This document shows, one piece after another, positions 1-11,200 of a DNA stretch of 64,000 nt. Each line of letters opens with the position of its first letter. Within the stretch, counting starts at the first letter, position 1. Origin of the DNA: an uncultured bacterium (GTDB lineage: Bacteria; Krumholzibacteriota; Krumholzibacteriia; LZORAL124-64-63); NCBI GenBank assembly GCA_963727525.1, contig CAVSGO010000003.1, forward strand, positions 384,001 to 448,000, written 5' to 3'. A model generated the notes under the pieces. That model searched no databases. It was not told where the DNA came from and saw nothing but the letters and a program-made list of their open reading frames with translations. A program made the translations under genes and the position numbers.

Positions 1-1322
1 TGCAGCAGACCAACGCATTCGTGATCAAGATCTCGGTGGTCAGCCAGATCGACAACCAGAACCAGGGGAAGGCCGGCTTCGAGTTGAACCTCCCGCGCGT
101 GCAATTCGGTTCGCCGGTGACGCTCTCGTTCGCCACGGTGAATGGTGTGCAGCAGATCGTGCGGCACGGGGTCGAACCGCCTGACTTTCCGGGCGTGCAG
201 ACGAACAAGCCGGTGATCGGTGCGGCCTTCCTGCAGGACCAGATGCAGCGCGAGAATCTGGAGATCCGCGTCGGCCTGCGCCTCGACTACTTCGACGCAC
301 GCGCCACGGTCCCCAGCGACCTCGCCAATCCGGCTAACGCCATCCCGGGAGCGCCGGAATCGCATCCGCAGGCGACCACGGTGAAGGCGGCCATCTCGCC
401 GCGCCTGGGCGTGGCCTACCCGATCGAAGACAAGGCGGCCATCCACTTCGCGTACGGCCATTTCCGCCAGGTGCCGTCGATCGGCACGATGTTCGAGAAC
501 TCGAACTACGACATCCTGCGCAACCTGCAGGCGGGCAGCGTGGACTACGGCGTGCTGGGTAATCCCGACGTGAAGCCCGAGACCACGGTGCAGTACGAGA
601 TCGGCTACAAGCAGATCCTCACCGCCGATCTCGGCTTCGACTTCACGATCTTCTACAAGGACATCCGCGACCTGCTCGGTGTGGAGTTCATCGACACCTA
701 CACCGGAGCGCAGTACGCCCGGCTGACCAACGTCGACTTCGGCAACGTCTTCGGCATCACGCTGGCGATCGACCATCGTCATCTCGGGCCCCTGGCCATC
801 TCCATGGACTACACGCTCCTGCAGGCCCTCGGCAACTCCAGCGACCCGCACGAGACCGCCACGCGCGCCGCCGCCGGCGAGGATCCGCGGCCGCGACTGG
901 TGCCCTTCAACTGGGATCAGCGCCACACCGTGAACCTCACGGCCACACTGGCGAACCCCGACGACTATTCCGTGAGCGCAGTGCTGAAGGTGGGCAGCGG
1001 CCAGCCGTACACGCCGCAGATCGAGTCGGGCTTCGGCTACGGGCTGGAGACGAATTCCGGGCGCAAGCCCACGAGCATCCTGCTCGATCTGCGCGCCGAG
1101 AAGACGCTGAAGTTCGCGTCGCACCCGTCGCTCGACACCAGCGTGTTCCTGCGCGTCTTCAACGCGTTCGACAGCCGCTACTTCAACGGTCCCGTGTTCG
1201 CGAGCACCGGGAGCCCCTACTATTCGCGTTTCCCGGAGACCGACCGTTACTCCCTGTCCGATCCCACGTGGTTCTACCCGCCGCGCCGGGTCGAGCTGGG
1301 CGTGCGCCTGGGCTGGAGGTGA
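1..1322 (+). CDS. TonB-dependent receptor, C-terminal beta-barrel part (5' end outside window)
   Basis: Frame is open from base 3. TBDT barrel motifs GLRLDYFD, ISPRLGVAYP, GNPDVKPETTVQYEIG, NWDQRHT and terminal PRRVELGVRLGW. Confidence 0.9.
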   Translation, partial: QQTNAFVIKISVVSQIDNQNQGKAGFELNLPRVQFGSPVTLSFATVNGVQQIVRHGVEPPDFPGVQTNKPVIGAAFLQDQMQRENLEIRVGLRLDYFDARATVPSDLANPANAIPGAPESHPQATTVKAAISPRLGVAYPIEDKAAIHFAYGHFRQVPSIGTMFENSNYDILRNLQAGSVDYGVLGNPDVKPETTVQYEIGYKQILTADLGFDFTIFYKDIRDLLGVEFIDTYTGAQYARLTNVDFGNVFGITLAIDHRHLGPLAISMDYTLLQALGNSSDPHETATRAAAGEDPRPRLVPFNWDQRHTVNLTATLANPDDYSVSAVLKVGSGQPYTPQIESGFGYGLETNSGRKPTSILLDLRAEKTLKFASHPSLDTSVFLRVFNAFDSRYFNGPVFASTGSPYYSRFPETDRYSLSDPTWFYPPRRVELGVRLGWR

Positions 1323-1331
1323 GCTGAGAAG

Positions 1332-4300
1332 ATGTCACAGCGAGCGAGCGTTCACCGTCTGGGTTCCGTGGCGATCGTGCTGACGATCACGTCCCTGGCG
1401 GCGTTCGTACTGGCCGGCGTCCCCACGCCGGTGCCGCAGGACCAGCGCGGCAACCACCTGTACGAGCGCGCCGGGCAGCACGATGCCAACAACATGCGCA
1501 CGATCTTCTGGAACTACGGCATGGTGGGCGATTACCCGGCCGATCCCATCAACGTGGACCTCAGCGTGTTCCATTCCGTCGAGGTGCCCAAGGGCAGCGG
1601 CATGAATTACAGCGACGGCATCACGCCGTTCGTACTCGCCAAGATCCAGCAGGCCAGCGGCGACTCGTCGTTCATCATGGAGACGGGCTTCCGTGAGCGG
1701 CAGGGCACATCGCCTTTCCGCAATCGCGATATGCGCTTCGAACCGCGGCCGGGGTACTTCCAGGAGCAGGAGGCGCTGAATCCTGGCCGTTCGCCGGCCA
1801 TCAGCAACGATCCCCGCACGTGGCCCGACTTCTGGCCCGACCGTCTCGACGATGTCGACGACCCGGGCTGGAGCGAGTCGTGGAACGGCTACTTCGGCAA
1901 GCAGATCGTCGCCGACCAGGAAAGCTACACGGTCATGGACGACGACTACTACGACGCCTGGAACTTCTATCCCGACAGCCGTGATTCCACCCGGCACGGC
2001 CTCGGTCTGCGCGTCGAGGTGCGCGGCTTCCAGTGGGCCAACCCGCAGGCGCGCAACGTGATCTTCTGGCACTACGACATCACGAACGAGGGCACCACCG
2101 ACTACGACGACAATATCGTCTTCGGTCTTTACATGGATTCGGGCGTGGGCGGCTCCGCCATCTCCTGCGACGACATCGCCGAGAGCGACGACGACAACGC
2201 GTTCTACCAGGATGAGTTCAACGGCCAGCGTATCAACCTGGTCTACACCTGGGATCGCTACGGCCACGGCCGCGATCTCACCAGCTCCTGCGCGCGCACC
2301 GGCTACCTCGGCTACGCCTACATGGAGACGCCGGGCAACTCCACCGACGGCATCGACAACGACGAGGACGGCATCACCGACGAACGGCGCGACAACGGAC
2401 CCGGCACGCGGATCGACGGCGCCGACAACATCCTCGCCTACGCCGCGGCGCACTACGACACGGCGGCCTTCACCTCCCACTTCGGGGAGATCACACTGGC
2501 GCCGGCCGTGCGAGCGGGCGTGTGGTTCACGGGCGACGAGAACATGGACTGGGTGGCCGAGAACCACGACGTGGGCGCCGACGGCGTCGCGGACACTGGC
2601 GACACGGGCGAGGGCGATGGCATCCCCACCGAGGGCGAGCCCAACTTCGACCGCACCGACCTCAAGGAGTCTGACCAGATCGGCCTGACCGGCTTCAAGC
2701 TCAACCGCATCAAGCCGGGCCACGACAATCCCAATCAGGAGACGGACAACGTCCTCTTCTTCACCAATGCGCAGGAGTGGCCGCGCCGGCTGTACGATCA
2801 GTTCACGGCGCCGAACCCGGCCGACCGCTTCGATCCGCCGCTGGCCTCGAACTACAACATCGGCTTCCTCTTCGCGTCGGGTCCGTTCCGCCTGGCGGCC
2901 GGGCAGACCGAGCGGTTCAGCCTCGCCCTGGCCTACGGCGCCGACCTGCAGGAACTGGCCACCAACGTCCAGACGGTGCAGCAGATCTACAACGCCAACT
3001 ACCGCTTCGCCGTGCCCCCCAAGGCGCCGGTGGTGACGGCGGAGTCGGGCGACGGCTTCGTGCGTCTGTCGTGGAACGACCTCTCCGAGCGCGGCAGCGA
3101 CCCCGTGACGGGCGAGGAGGACTTCGAGGGGTATCGCATCTACCGGTCCACCGATCCGGAATTTCGCGACCCCAAGATCATCTCCAACGCCACCGGCACC
3201 GGCCCTCTCGGCAACGGTCAGCCGATCGCGCAGTTCGACCTGATCGACAACGTGAGCGGCTTCTCGGACCAGACGGTGGAGGGCGTCGCCTACTATCTCG
3301 GCGCGGAGTCGGGCATCACCCATACCTGGACCGATCATAGCGTCACCAACGGCCAGCAGTACTACTATGCGGTGACGGCCTACGACAAGGGATCGGAGAG
3401 CTATCGGCTTCTATCCGTCCGAGAACGCCATCGCGCCGTCGCGCACCCCGCGCGGGGGGCTGGTGCTTCCGCCCAACGTGGTGGCGGAGCGCCCGAATCC
3501 GCGCGCGCTCGGCTTCGTACCGGCCACGACCGACGCGATCGACCAGGTCAGCGGCGAGGGCGTGGGCGACGTACAGGTGGAGGTCGTGAACTCGGGCATC
3601 GTGCCGGCCGATCACGTATTCTCGCTCACCTTCACCACACCGCATCCTGATTCGCTGCGGGCAACGGCCTACACGCTCACCGACACCACGACCAGCGAGG
3701 TGCTCTTCGAAACGGGCATGGACCTCGCCGGCGACGGGATCGGTCCCGGTGGGCGCCGGCCTGTTGCCCATCGTCGATACACCGGCCCACGTGGTCATCG
3801 ATTCCACGTACTGGGAGCCGGGCAGCACCACGAATGCCCGGATCGACGTGCACTACCTCTACTCGCTGTCGCCGAATAGTCTGCGTCCGGGCTATCCCGA
3901 CGACATCTCGCTGGTGTTTCACGACGACGTGGTGGACACGTCCGTGGCGCTGGCCTTCATCCCCGCGCGACCGGCGAAGTTCGAATTGATCGACCATGCG
4001 CCCGACGGCGATCGGCGGCTCGACTTCGTCTTCGTCGATGCCGACGGTGACCATACGCTGAATCTGGCGAATGAGCGCATCGACGTGGTGACCTACGTCG
4101 ACAGCGATCCGGGTGTGGTCAAGACCACCTGGCGCTTCCAGCTGGCGACCGACGCACTGCCGACCGAGCCGCTGGGCACGGGCGACGCCTACGCGCTCGC
4201 GGTGAGCCGCCCCTTCGGTGCGCAGGACGTGCTCGTCTTCGCCACGCACGCCGAGTACGTCGATCCGAACGCGCCCGGCGCGCACCTGGATCCGTACGTG

Positions 4301-4594
4301 GTGCCGAACCCGTACGTGGCGTCGGCGAGTTTCGAGCCCGAGCGTTTCGCCGTGTCGGGCCGCGGCGAGCGCCGGATCGAGTTCCGGGGCCTGCCCGGTT
4401 CGTGCACGATCCGCATCTACAACATCCGGGGCGAGCTGGTGCAGACCCTGAAGCACGAGGGCTCGAGCGAGGGCTACGAACCCTGGGATCTGCGCACCAA
4501 GGACAGTCTGGACGTGGCGCCGGGCCTGTACATTTTCCACGTCGACGGCGGACCGCTGGGCAAGAGCATCGGCAAGTTCGCGATCATCAAGTAG
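1332..4594 (+). CDS. Large secreted protein (~1086 aa after correcting +1 frameshifts near 3405 and 3748) with Asp-rich Ca-binding loops, FN3-like domain and variant T9SS-type CTD
   Basis: ORFs 1332-, 3463- and 3749- join into one protein. Signal peptide; DGIDNDEDGITDE and DVGADGVADTGD loops; FN3-like FEGYRIYRS...YYYAVTAYD; CTD VVPNPY...TIRIYNIRGELV...WDLRT...PGLYIFHV...GKFAIIK. Confidence 0.8.
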
Positions 4595-4619
4595 GGGCGT
4601 CAGGAACGTGAGGCGCGAC

Positions 4620-5630
4620 ATGAGAGAGAGATTGCTGAGCGCCATGTTGATCTCACTGCTGGTGGTGGGCACGGCCCACGCCCAGAGCAAGGTGGGGTCG
4701 ACTGTCGGTGCCTTCCTGCGCATCGAGCCCAGCGCACGCGCGGCGGCGCTCGGCAATGCCGGCGTGGCCTTGCCTGGCGGCATCGACGCCGTGTATTACA
4801 ACACGGGCGCCATAGGCAGGCTCGACCGTGCCACCGTGACCTACTCGCACAGCTTCTGGTTCGCCGACATCAGCTACGACTACGCGGCGTTCGCGTTGCC
4901 CATCAGCGGCACCAGCAGCATGTTCGCCAGCGTCACGGCGCTCAACTCCGGCGAGATCGACGTGCGCACGGTTGATCAGCCGCTCGGGACGGGTGAACGG
5001 TACACGGTGGGCAACGTGGCCCTGGCGCTCGGCTACGGTCGGCGCATCACCAGCCGCTTCGCCGTCGGGGTGCAGGCCAACGTACGCCACGGAGCGGATC
5101 TGGCACACGTCAAACCACATGGTGGCGTTCAATCTGGGCACCATCTACCAGCTCAACGACGGCGGAGCCATCCTGGGCTTCTGCCTCGCGAACATCGGCG
5201 CGCGCGCGCGGTACGCGGGCGGCGATCTGGCGATCCAGTACGATCCCGAACCCGACATCTACGGCAACAACGGCGCCTTGCCGGCCGAACAGTATACCGA
5301 CCAGTTCCCGTTGCCGGGCGTGTTCCGCCTGGGCCTGAGCGTGCCTTATGAGGTCTCGCCGGAGAGTCGGTTCCTGTTCCTGGCCGAGGCCCTGCATCCG
5401 AACGACAACACCGAGTCGGCGAACGTGGGCGCCGAGTGGCGTGGAATCGCGCGTTCGCGCTGCGACTCGGGTACCAGACCCTGTTCCAGACCGATCGCGA
5501 GCTCGGCCTGACGGCCGGTTTCGGCGTGAACACGAAGATCGGCAACAACGAGTACAAGCTCGCCTACGCGTGGGCGAATCACGCGTACCTGCAGGGCACG
5601 CACCGGTTCACGGTCGTGCTCGTGTTCTGA
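4620..5630 (+). CDS. PorV/PorQ (FadL-like) family outer-membrane barrel, ~336 aa (+1 frameshift near 5082, -1 near 5440)
   Basis: FLRIEPSARAAALGNAGVA...AVYYN motif; LRLGY and HRFTVVLVF C-terminus; three ORF pieces join. Confidence 0.85.
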
Positions 5631-5658
5631 GGTGCGATCAGCGACGAAGGACGACCTC

Positions 5659-7286
5659 ATGCGCAAGACAGCCGACGATCGCGACGCCCATCCTCCTGCT
5701 CCTGGCCACGACGGTCTGGTTGAGTGGCGGTCCGGGCGCGTCCCGCACCGCGACGGCGGCGAACGCGCGGAGTCTCACCACGGAGGCGCTGCTCGACTCG
5801 CTGCAGCGCACCGCGTTCCTGTACTTCTGGGAGCAGGCGAATCCGGCCAACGGCCTGATCCGCGACCGCAGCCAGACCGGATCGCCCTGCAGCATCGCGG
5901 CGCAGGGCTTCGGCATCAGCGCCATCTGCATCGGCATCGATCACGGCTGGGTCTCGCGCAGCGAGGGGCGCGACCGCATCATGCTCGGCATGCAGACGCT
6001 CTGGGACGGTCCGCAGGGCGACGGCTCGTGCGAGCATCAACGGCTACAAGGGCCTGTTCTACCATTTCCTGGACATCAACACCGGATTCCGCACCTGGGA
6101 TTGCGAGCTGTCGACCATCGACACGGCCCTGCTCATGGCCGGCGTACTCGACGCCCGCGAGTATTTCGCCTCCGACGACCCGGGCGACGTGGCGTTGCGG
6201 GCACTGGCCGACTCGCTCTACCTGCGAGTCGACTGGGACTTCATGCGCAGCGGCGGCGCTGCCATTCGCATGGGCTGGAAGCCGGACACCGGCTTCAGCA
6301 GCTTCGGCTACTGGATCGGCTACAACGAGGCGATGGTCCTCTACGTGCTCGCGCTCGGCTCGCCCACACATCCGGTGCCGGAGACCACCTGGGGCTGGTG
6401 GGTCAGCGGCTATAGCTGGCAGACGCAGTACGGCTACAGCTACGTGATCTTCCCGCCGCTCTTCGGCCACCAGTACTCCCACTGCTGGATCGACTATCGC
6501 ACGATCTGGGATGACTACATGCAGTCGCGCGGGATCACGTACTTCGAGAACTCGCGACGGGCCACCCTCGCCCAGCGCGCCTACTGCATGGTCAATCCGC
6601 ACGGCTGGGCCGACTACGACTCGGTCACCTGGGGTCTCACCGCCTCGGACGATCCGGACGGGTACCTGGCCCACGGCGCGCCGCCTTCCCAGAACGATAA
6701 CGGCACCATCACGCCCACGGCGCCGGCCAGCGCGATCGCCTTCGCGCCGGAGGTCGTGATCCCGACGCTGCACAACCTCTACGACGCGTACGGCCTGGCG
6801 GTGTGGGGGCGTTACGGCTTCAAGGACGCGTTCAACATCCAGCGCTTCTGGTGGGACAACGATTACCTCGGCATCGACGAGGGACCGATCATCATCATGA
6901 TCGAGAACTACCTGAACGGGTCGGTGTGGGCGCGGGATCGCGAGAATTCCTATCTCACCGCGGGGCTGCAGCGCGCGGGCTTCGTCACGGCGACGCCGGT
7001 GCCCGACGGGACACGGCCCGAGAGCGCCCTCGTCGTGTCCCAGAATGCGCCCAATCCGTTTCAGGGCACGACGATTGTCGGTTTCCGGTTGGCCCAGTCG
7101 GGGCCCGTGACGTTGCATCTCTACGACCTGCGCGGTCACCGGGTGCGCACCGTAAGCCGGGAGTTCGCGAACAAGGGGCCGGGGCAGTTCGAGCTGGACG
7201 CGCGCGGCCTGGCCAGCGGCGTCTATTTCTACAGCGTCGAGTCGCACGGCCGCAAGGCCTGGAAACGCTGCACTGTGATACAATAG
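5659..7286 (+). CDS. Secreted GH144-like (DUF3131/glucoamylase family) putative endo-beta-1,2-glucanase with T9SS/FlgD-like CTD (+1 frameshifts near 5665 and 6029)
   Basis: LQRTAFLYFW, NGLIRDR, SIAAQGFG, GYKGLFYHFLD, ELSTIDT, GYNEAM, LFGHQYSHCWID, YFENSRRAT, WGLTASD, LGIDEGP; CTD QNAPNPF...SGVYFY. Confidence 0.85.
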
Positions 7287-7389
7287 AGGCAGGCCGCAAG
7301 GAGCGGCCCATGTGGGAGGTGATCAAGCGCTCAAGGACGATGAGATTTCGGTACAATCACTTGTTATCACTTCAACAGGAGGCTCATCC

Positions 7390-8187
7390 ATGAGCAAGCT
7401 ACAGTTCATGCTCGTCACCGCGTTCGCGGTGGTTCTCGTCGCTGGCGCGGCCCAGGCGACGACCGTTCCGACCAGCGCAGCCGTGTTCCTGCGCGTGTTC
7501 AACGACTGCCCGTTCTCGACCCTGGTCGACGACAATAGCTATCCGACGTCGATCATGATCAGCGACACCAAGGCCAGCTGCGGCGCCGGTTTCGCCAATC
7601 GCCATTGCTGGCGCTTCTCTCAGGACGGCACGACTGCCCAGGAATTCAACAACTACAACGGTTTCGCCTTCGAGTGCGACATCACCGCCACCGGTACCGG
7701 TGAGGGCGAATGCGGCATTGGCATCTCCCCGTGGTGGTCGCAGCTGGTGGACGGAACGTTCAACCTGCGCACGACCGACGGTGAGGTGGCCTGCTTCGGC
7801 GGCCGTCTGCCCTTCTACTCGTTCACCGGCAGCGACGGTGTGACCTACACCAAGGGCACCACCGTGCACGTGAAGATCGAGTACATGCCCAACGGCCTGA
7901 GCGAGGCCGATCCGGCCACCATCGTCTACACCTACGACGACGGCACGATGTACACGAGCGGCCCGCTGGCCTTCGACATGGGCAACGAGTCCGAGGGCGA
8001 CGTGCACGGGCTGTGGGGCATCCTGTCCCCGGCCACCGCCGGCGGCAACTTCCAGTTCTTGCTCGGCGAGGGCGCGGACGACGCTAACCTGGATGTCATG
8101 TGGGAGAACATGCAGTTCACCGATCTCGGCGACGCCGTGGCCGCGGAAGCCACGACCTGGGGCAGCGTGAAGTCCCTGTTCCAGTAG
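7390..8187 (+). CDS. Secreted Cys/Gly-rich hypothetical protein ending TTWGSVKSLFQ
   Basis: AGGAGG RBS before ATG 7390; signal peptide ending AAQA; C-terminal W-x-x-V-K motif. Confidence 0.8.
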   Translation: MSKLQFMLVTAFAVVLVAGAAQATTVPTSAAVFLRVFNDCPFSTLVDDNSYPTSIMISDTKASCGAGFANRHCWRFSQDGTTAQEFNNYNGFAFECDITATGTGEGECGIGISPWWSQLVDGTFNLRTTDGEVACFGGRLPFYSFTGSDGVTYTKGTTVHVKIEYMPNGLSEADPATIVYTYDDGTMYTSGPLAFDMGNESEGDVHGLWGILSPATAGGNFQFLLGEGADDANLDVMWENMQFTDLGDAVAAEATTWGSVKSLFQ

Positions 8188-8209
8188 GCAGCACTCGCGA
8201 CACGTGAAA

Positions 8210-8238
8210 CAGGGGACCCGGGCGGCCCGGGTCCCCTG
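8210..8238 (+). terminator. Stem-loop, probable terminator
   Basis: Perfect 13-bp stem CAGGGGACCCGGG/CCCGGGTCCCCTG just after the stop at 8187; no U-tract. Confidence 0.6.
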
Positions 8239-8256
8239 GTCCTACCCGGAGCGCCT

Positions 8257-8285
8257 TTGACAAACACGGCAGTGTGTTCTAGACC
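8257..8285 (+). promoter_or_regulatory. Possible sigma70 promoter for the GH94-GH1 genes with an AACAC-N6-GTGTT palindrome in the spacer
   Basis: TTGACA (8257-8262), 17-nt spacer, weak -10 TAGACC. Confidence 0.3.
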
Positions 8286-11200
8286 TTGTCACCGTCTCGC
8301 CCGACAGTTCGCAACTCGCCCAGGAGCACCGTGATGCCCCCGTCCCGTCCCGTCGCCGGTTTCGAGGCCTCGGTCGGTGTGCTTGCCAACCGCGCCGGAA
8401 CATACACGGCGCTGGTGACCGCCGGGGGCACCGGATTCAGCACTTGCCGCGGCACGCTCCTGACCAGCGCCTCCCCCGCCGGCGCTGGCCTGGCTCTCTG
8501 GGTGCGCGATCGCGACGACGGCGGATTCTGGCGCGTGGGGGCCGACGCGACCTGCCTTCACTGGGAGCCCGGCGTCGCCACGCTGACTTTCGCGGTGGCG
8601 GGTTTCGAGGCGACCATGGCCGTGGCCGTGGATCCTGACGCCACGCGCGAGTGCCGGCGGCTGACGCTCACCAATCGCAGCGATCGGCCGCGCCGGATCG
8701 ATGTGACGTCCTGCGCCGAGGTCGTTCTGCACGCACCCGCCGCGCATGCCGCGCATCCGGTCTTCTCGAAACTCTTCCTGCAGACGGCATTCGCGGACGA
8801 TGTTCTCGTCGTACGCCGGCGCGCGCGCGATCCCCACGAATCGACACCCTGGTTGGCACACGCGTGCCACGGCCCCGGCGCCCTGTCCATCGAGACCGAT
8901 CGGACCCGCTTCATCGGGCGCGGTTTCACCCGCGAAGCCCCGCGCGCGCTCGTCGAATCGACGCCTCTCTCGGGTACAGTCGGCAACGTGCTCGACCCGG
9001 TCGTGAGCCTGCGCCGCATCCTGACGCTGGCGCCGAGCGAGGCGGCCACGTTCGACTTCGTGCTGAGCTGCGGGACCACGCGGGCGGAGGCGCTGCGCCT
9101 CGCCGGCACCGACCATACCGTCAACATGCTGGCCCGGGCGCGCGATGCCGCCGTAGCGGCCGTTTCGCGGCGCGGCGCGTCCGTCGCCGATGTGGCCACC
9201 GATCAAGCCCTGGCGGCTGCCATGCTGATGGGGCGCCGCGAGCTTCTCGCCGACGCCGACGTGCGGGCGCGAGTCACCGGCGAGCGCGGCGACCTGGCGT
9301 GCCTGGGCCTGGACCCCGCCCGGCCACACGCCGTCCTGCATGCCGACACGCCCCGGGGAGCGGCGCTCGTACCACGGCTGCTCGGCGCCCTCGCCACGTG
9401 GCGCGACCTCGGCCTGCCGATCCAGCTCGCGATCGTGGGCGAAGCCGACGTGGCGACGCCGGGAGTCGTCGTGCTCGCCCCGTCTTCGCTCGGGTCCGGC
9501 GACCGCGATCGACTCGAAGCCTTCGCCGATCTCATCGTGTGCGACGCCCTGCCCGCGGTGTCCCACGCGTCCGAGGCGCCGGTCGCCCGGTCCAGATGTT
9601 CGGAGGGTGTCCGGCCCGCCGGCCCGCGCCTGTTCGACAACGGTTTCGGCGGCTTCAGTTCCGACGGTCGCGAGTACGTCATCACCGTGGCCGCGGGCGA
9701 GGACGGGCGCCTGCGCCTGCCGCCGCAGCCCTGGGTGAACGTCATCGCCAACGACGGTTTCGGCTGCCTCGTGAGCGAGACCGGCGCCGGCACCACCTGG
9801 TGCGGTAACAGCCGGGAGAACCGGTTGACACCGTGGTCCAACGACCCGCTGCTGGATCCGCCCTCGGAGATCTTCATTCTCCACGATCCGCAGACCGATA
9901 CGGCCTTCTCGTGTTTCCCTGCTCCGCGGCCCGGCCCCGGCTCCTACGAGGTGCGCCATGGCTTCGGGTACACGCGCTGCGGCTTCGCAGGCGACGGTCT
10001 ACGCACGACCACGCTCGTCTTCATCCATCGCGAGCATCCGGTGCGCATCACGCGCGTGCGCGTGACCAACGACGGGCCCGAGCCGCGCCGGCTCACGCTG
10101 CGCGCCGCCTACCATCTCGACATGGGGGACGCCCGTTTCATCGTGACCGACACCGATGGCGTCTCCGGCGCGGCAGTCGCGCGCAATCCCCTGGCGGGCG
10201 ATTTCTCCGGCCAGGTCGCATTCGCCGCCGTGGTGGGCGACGAGCACGCGATCGCGATCCGCGAGGACATCCCGGCCGGGGCCGCACGGCTCGCTCATGC
10301 CGTCGACCTCGCCGTGCCACCGGGCGCCACCGCCGACGTCGCCTGCCTCTTCGGACAGGCCGCCGATGTCGCCGCGGTGCGCCGGCTCCTCGAAGATCTC
10401 GACAGTCTCGACGCATGCGACGTGGCGTGGCAGTGCGCGCGCGACTTCTGGCGCGACGGCCTCGGGGGCCTGCGTGTGGCCACACCGTCGCCCGCGCTCG
10501 ACATCATGGTGAACGGCTGGCTTGGCTATCAGACGCTGAGTTGCCGCATCCGCGGGCGCACCGCATTTTACCAGTCGGGCGGCGCCTTCGGCTTCCGCGA
10601 TCAGCTCCAGGATGCCGTGGCGCTGACGGCGCTATGGCCGGAGGTGGCGCGCGCGCAGATCCTGCGCAACGCGGCTCACCAGTTCGTGGAGGGCGACGTG
10701 ATGCACTGGTGGCATCCGCCGCGAAGCCGCGGCATCCGCACGCGTTTCGCCGACGATCTCGTGTGGCTACCCTTCCTGACGATGCAATACGTGCAGGCCA
10801 CCGGTGATGCGGCCTTGTTCGACGAGACCGCGCCGTATCTCACGGCGCGCGCCCTCGAGACGGGGGAGGACGAGGCCTTTCTCACACCCAGCGTGGCCGC
10901 AGAATCCGGCACCGTGTACGATCACTGCTGCCGCGCTCTCGACCGTGCGCTCACGCGCGGAGCCCACGGTCTGCCGCTCTTCGGCTCGGGCGACTGGAAC
11001 GACGGCATGAATCGCGTCGGACGCGAGGGCCGTGGCGAGAGCGTCTGGATGGGATTCTTCCTCGCCGCTGCGATCGACGGCTTCGTTTCCGAGTGCGAGC
11101 GTCGTGGCGACCGCGCGCGGGCGCAACACTACCATGCCTATCGCGAAGACGTGGCGCGCGCACTCGACACGAGCGGCTGGGATGGCGGCTGGTACCTGCG

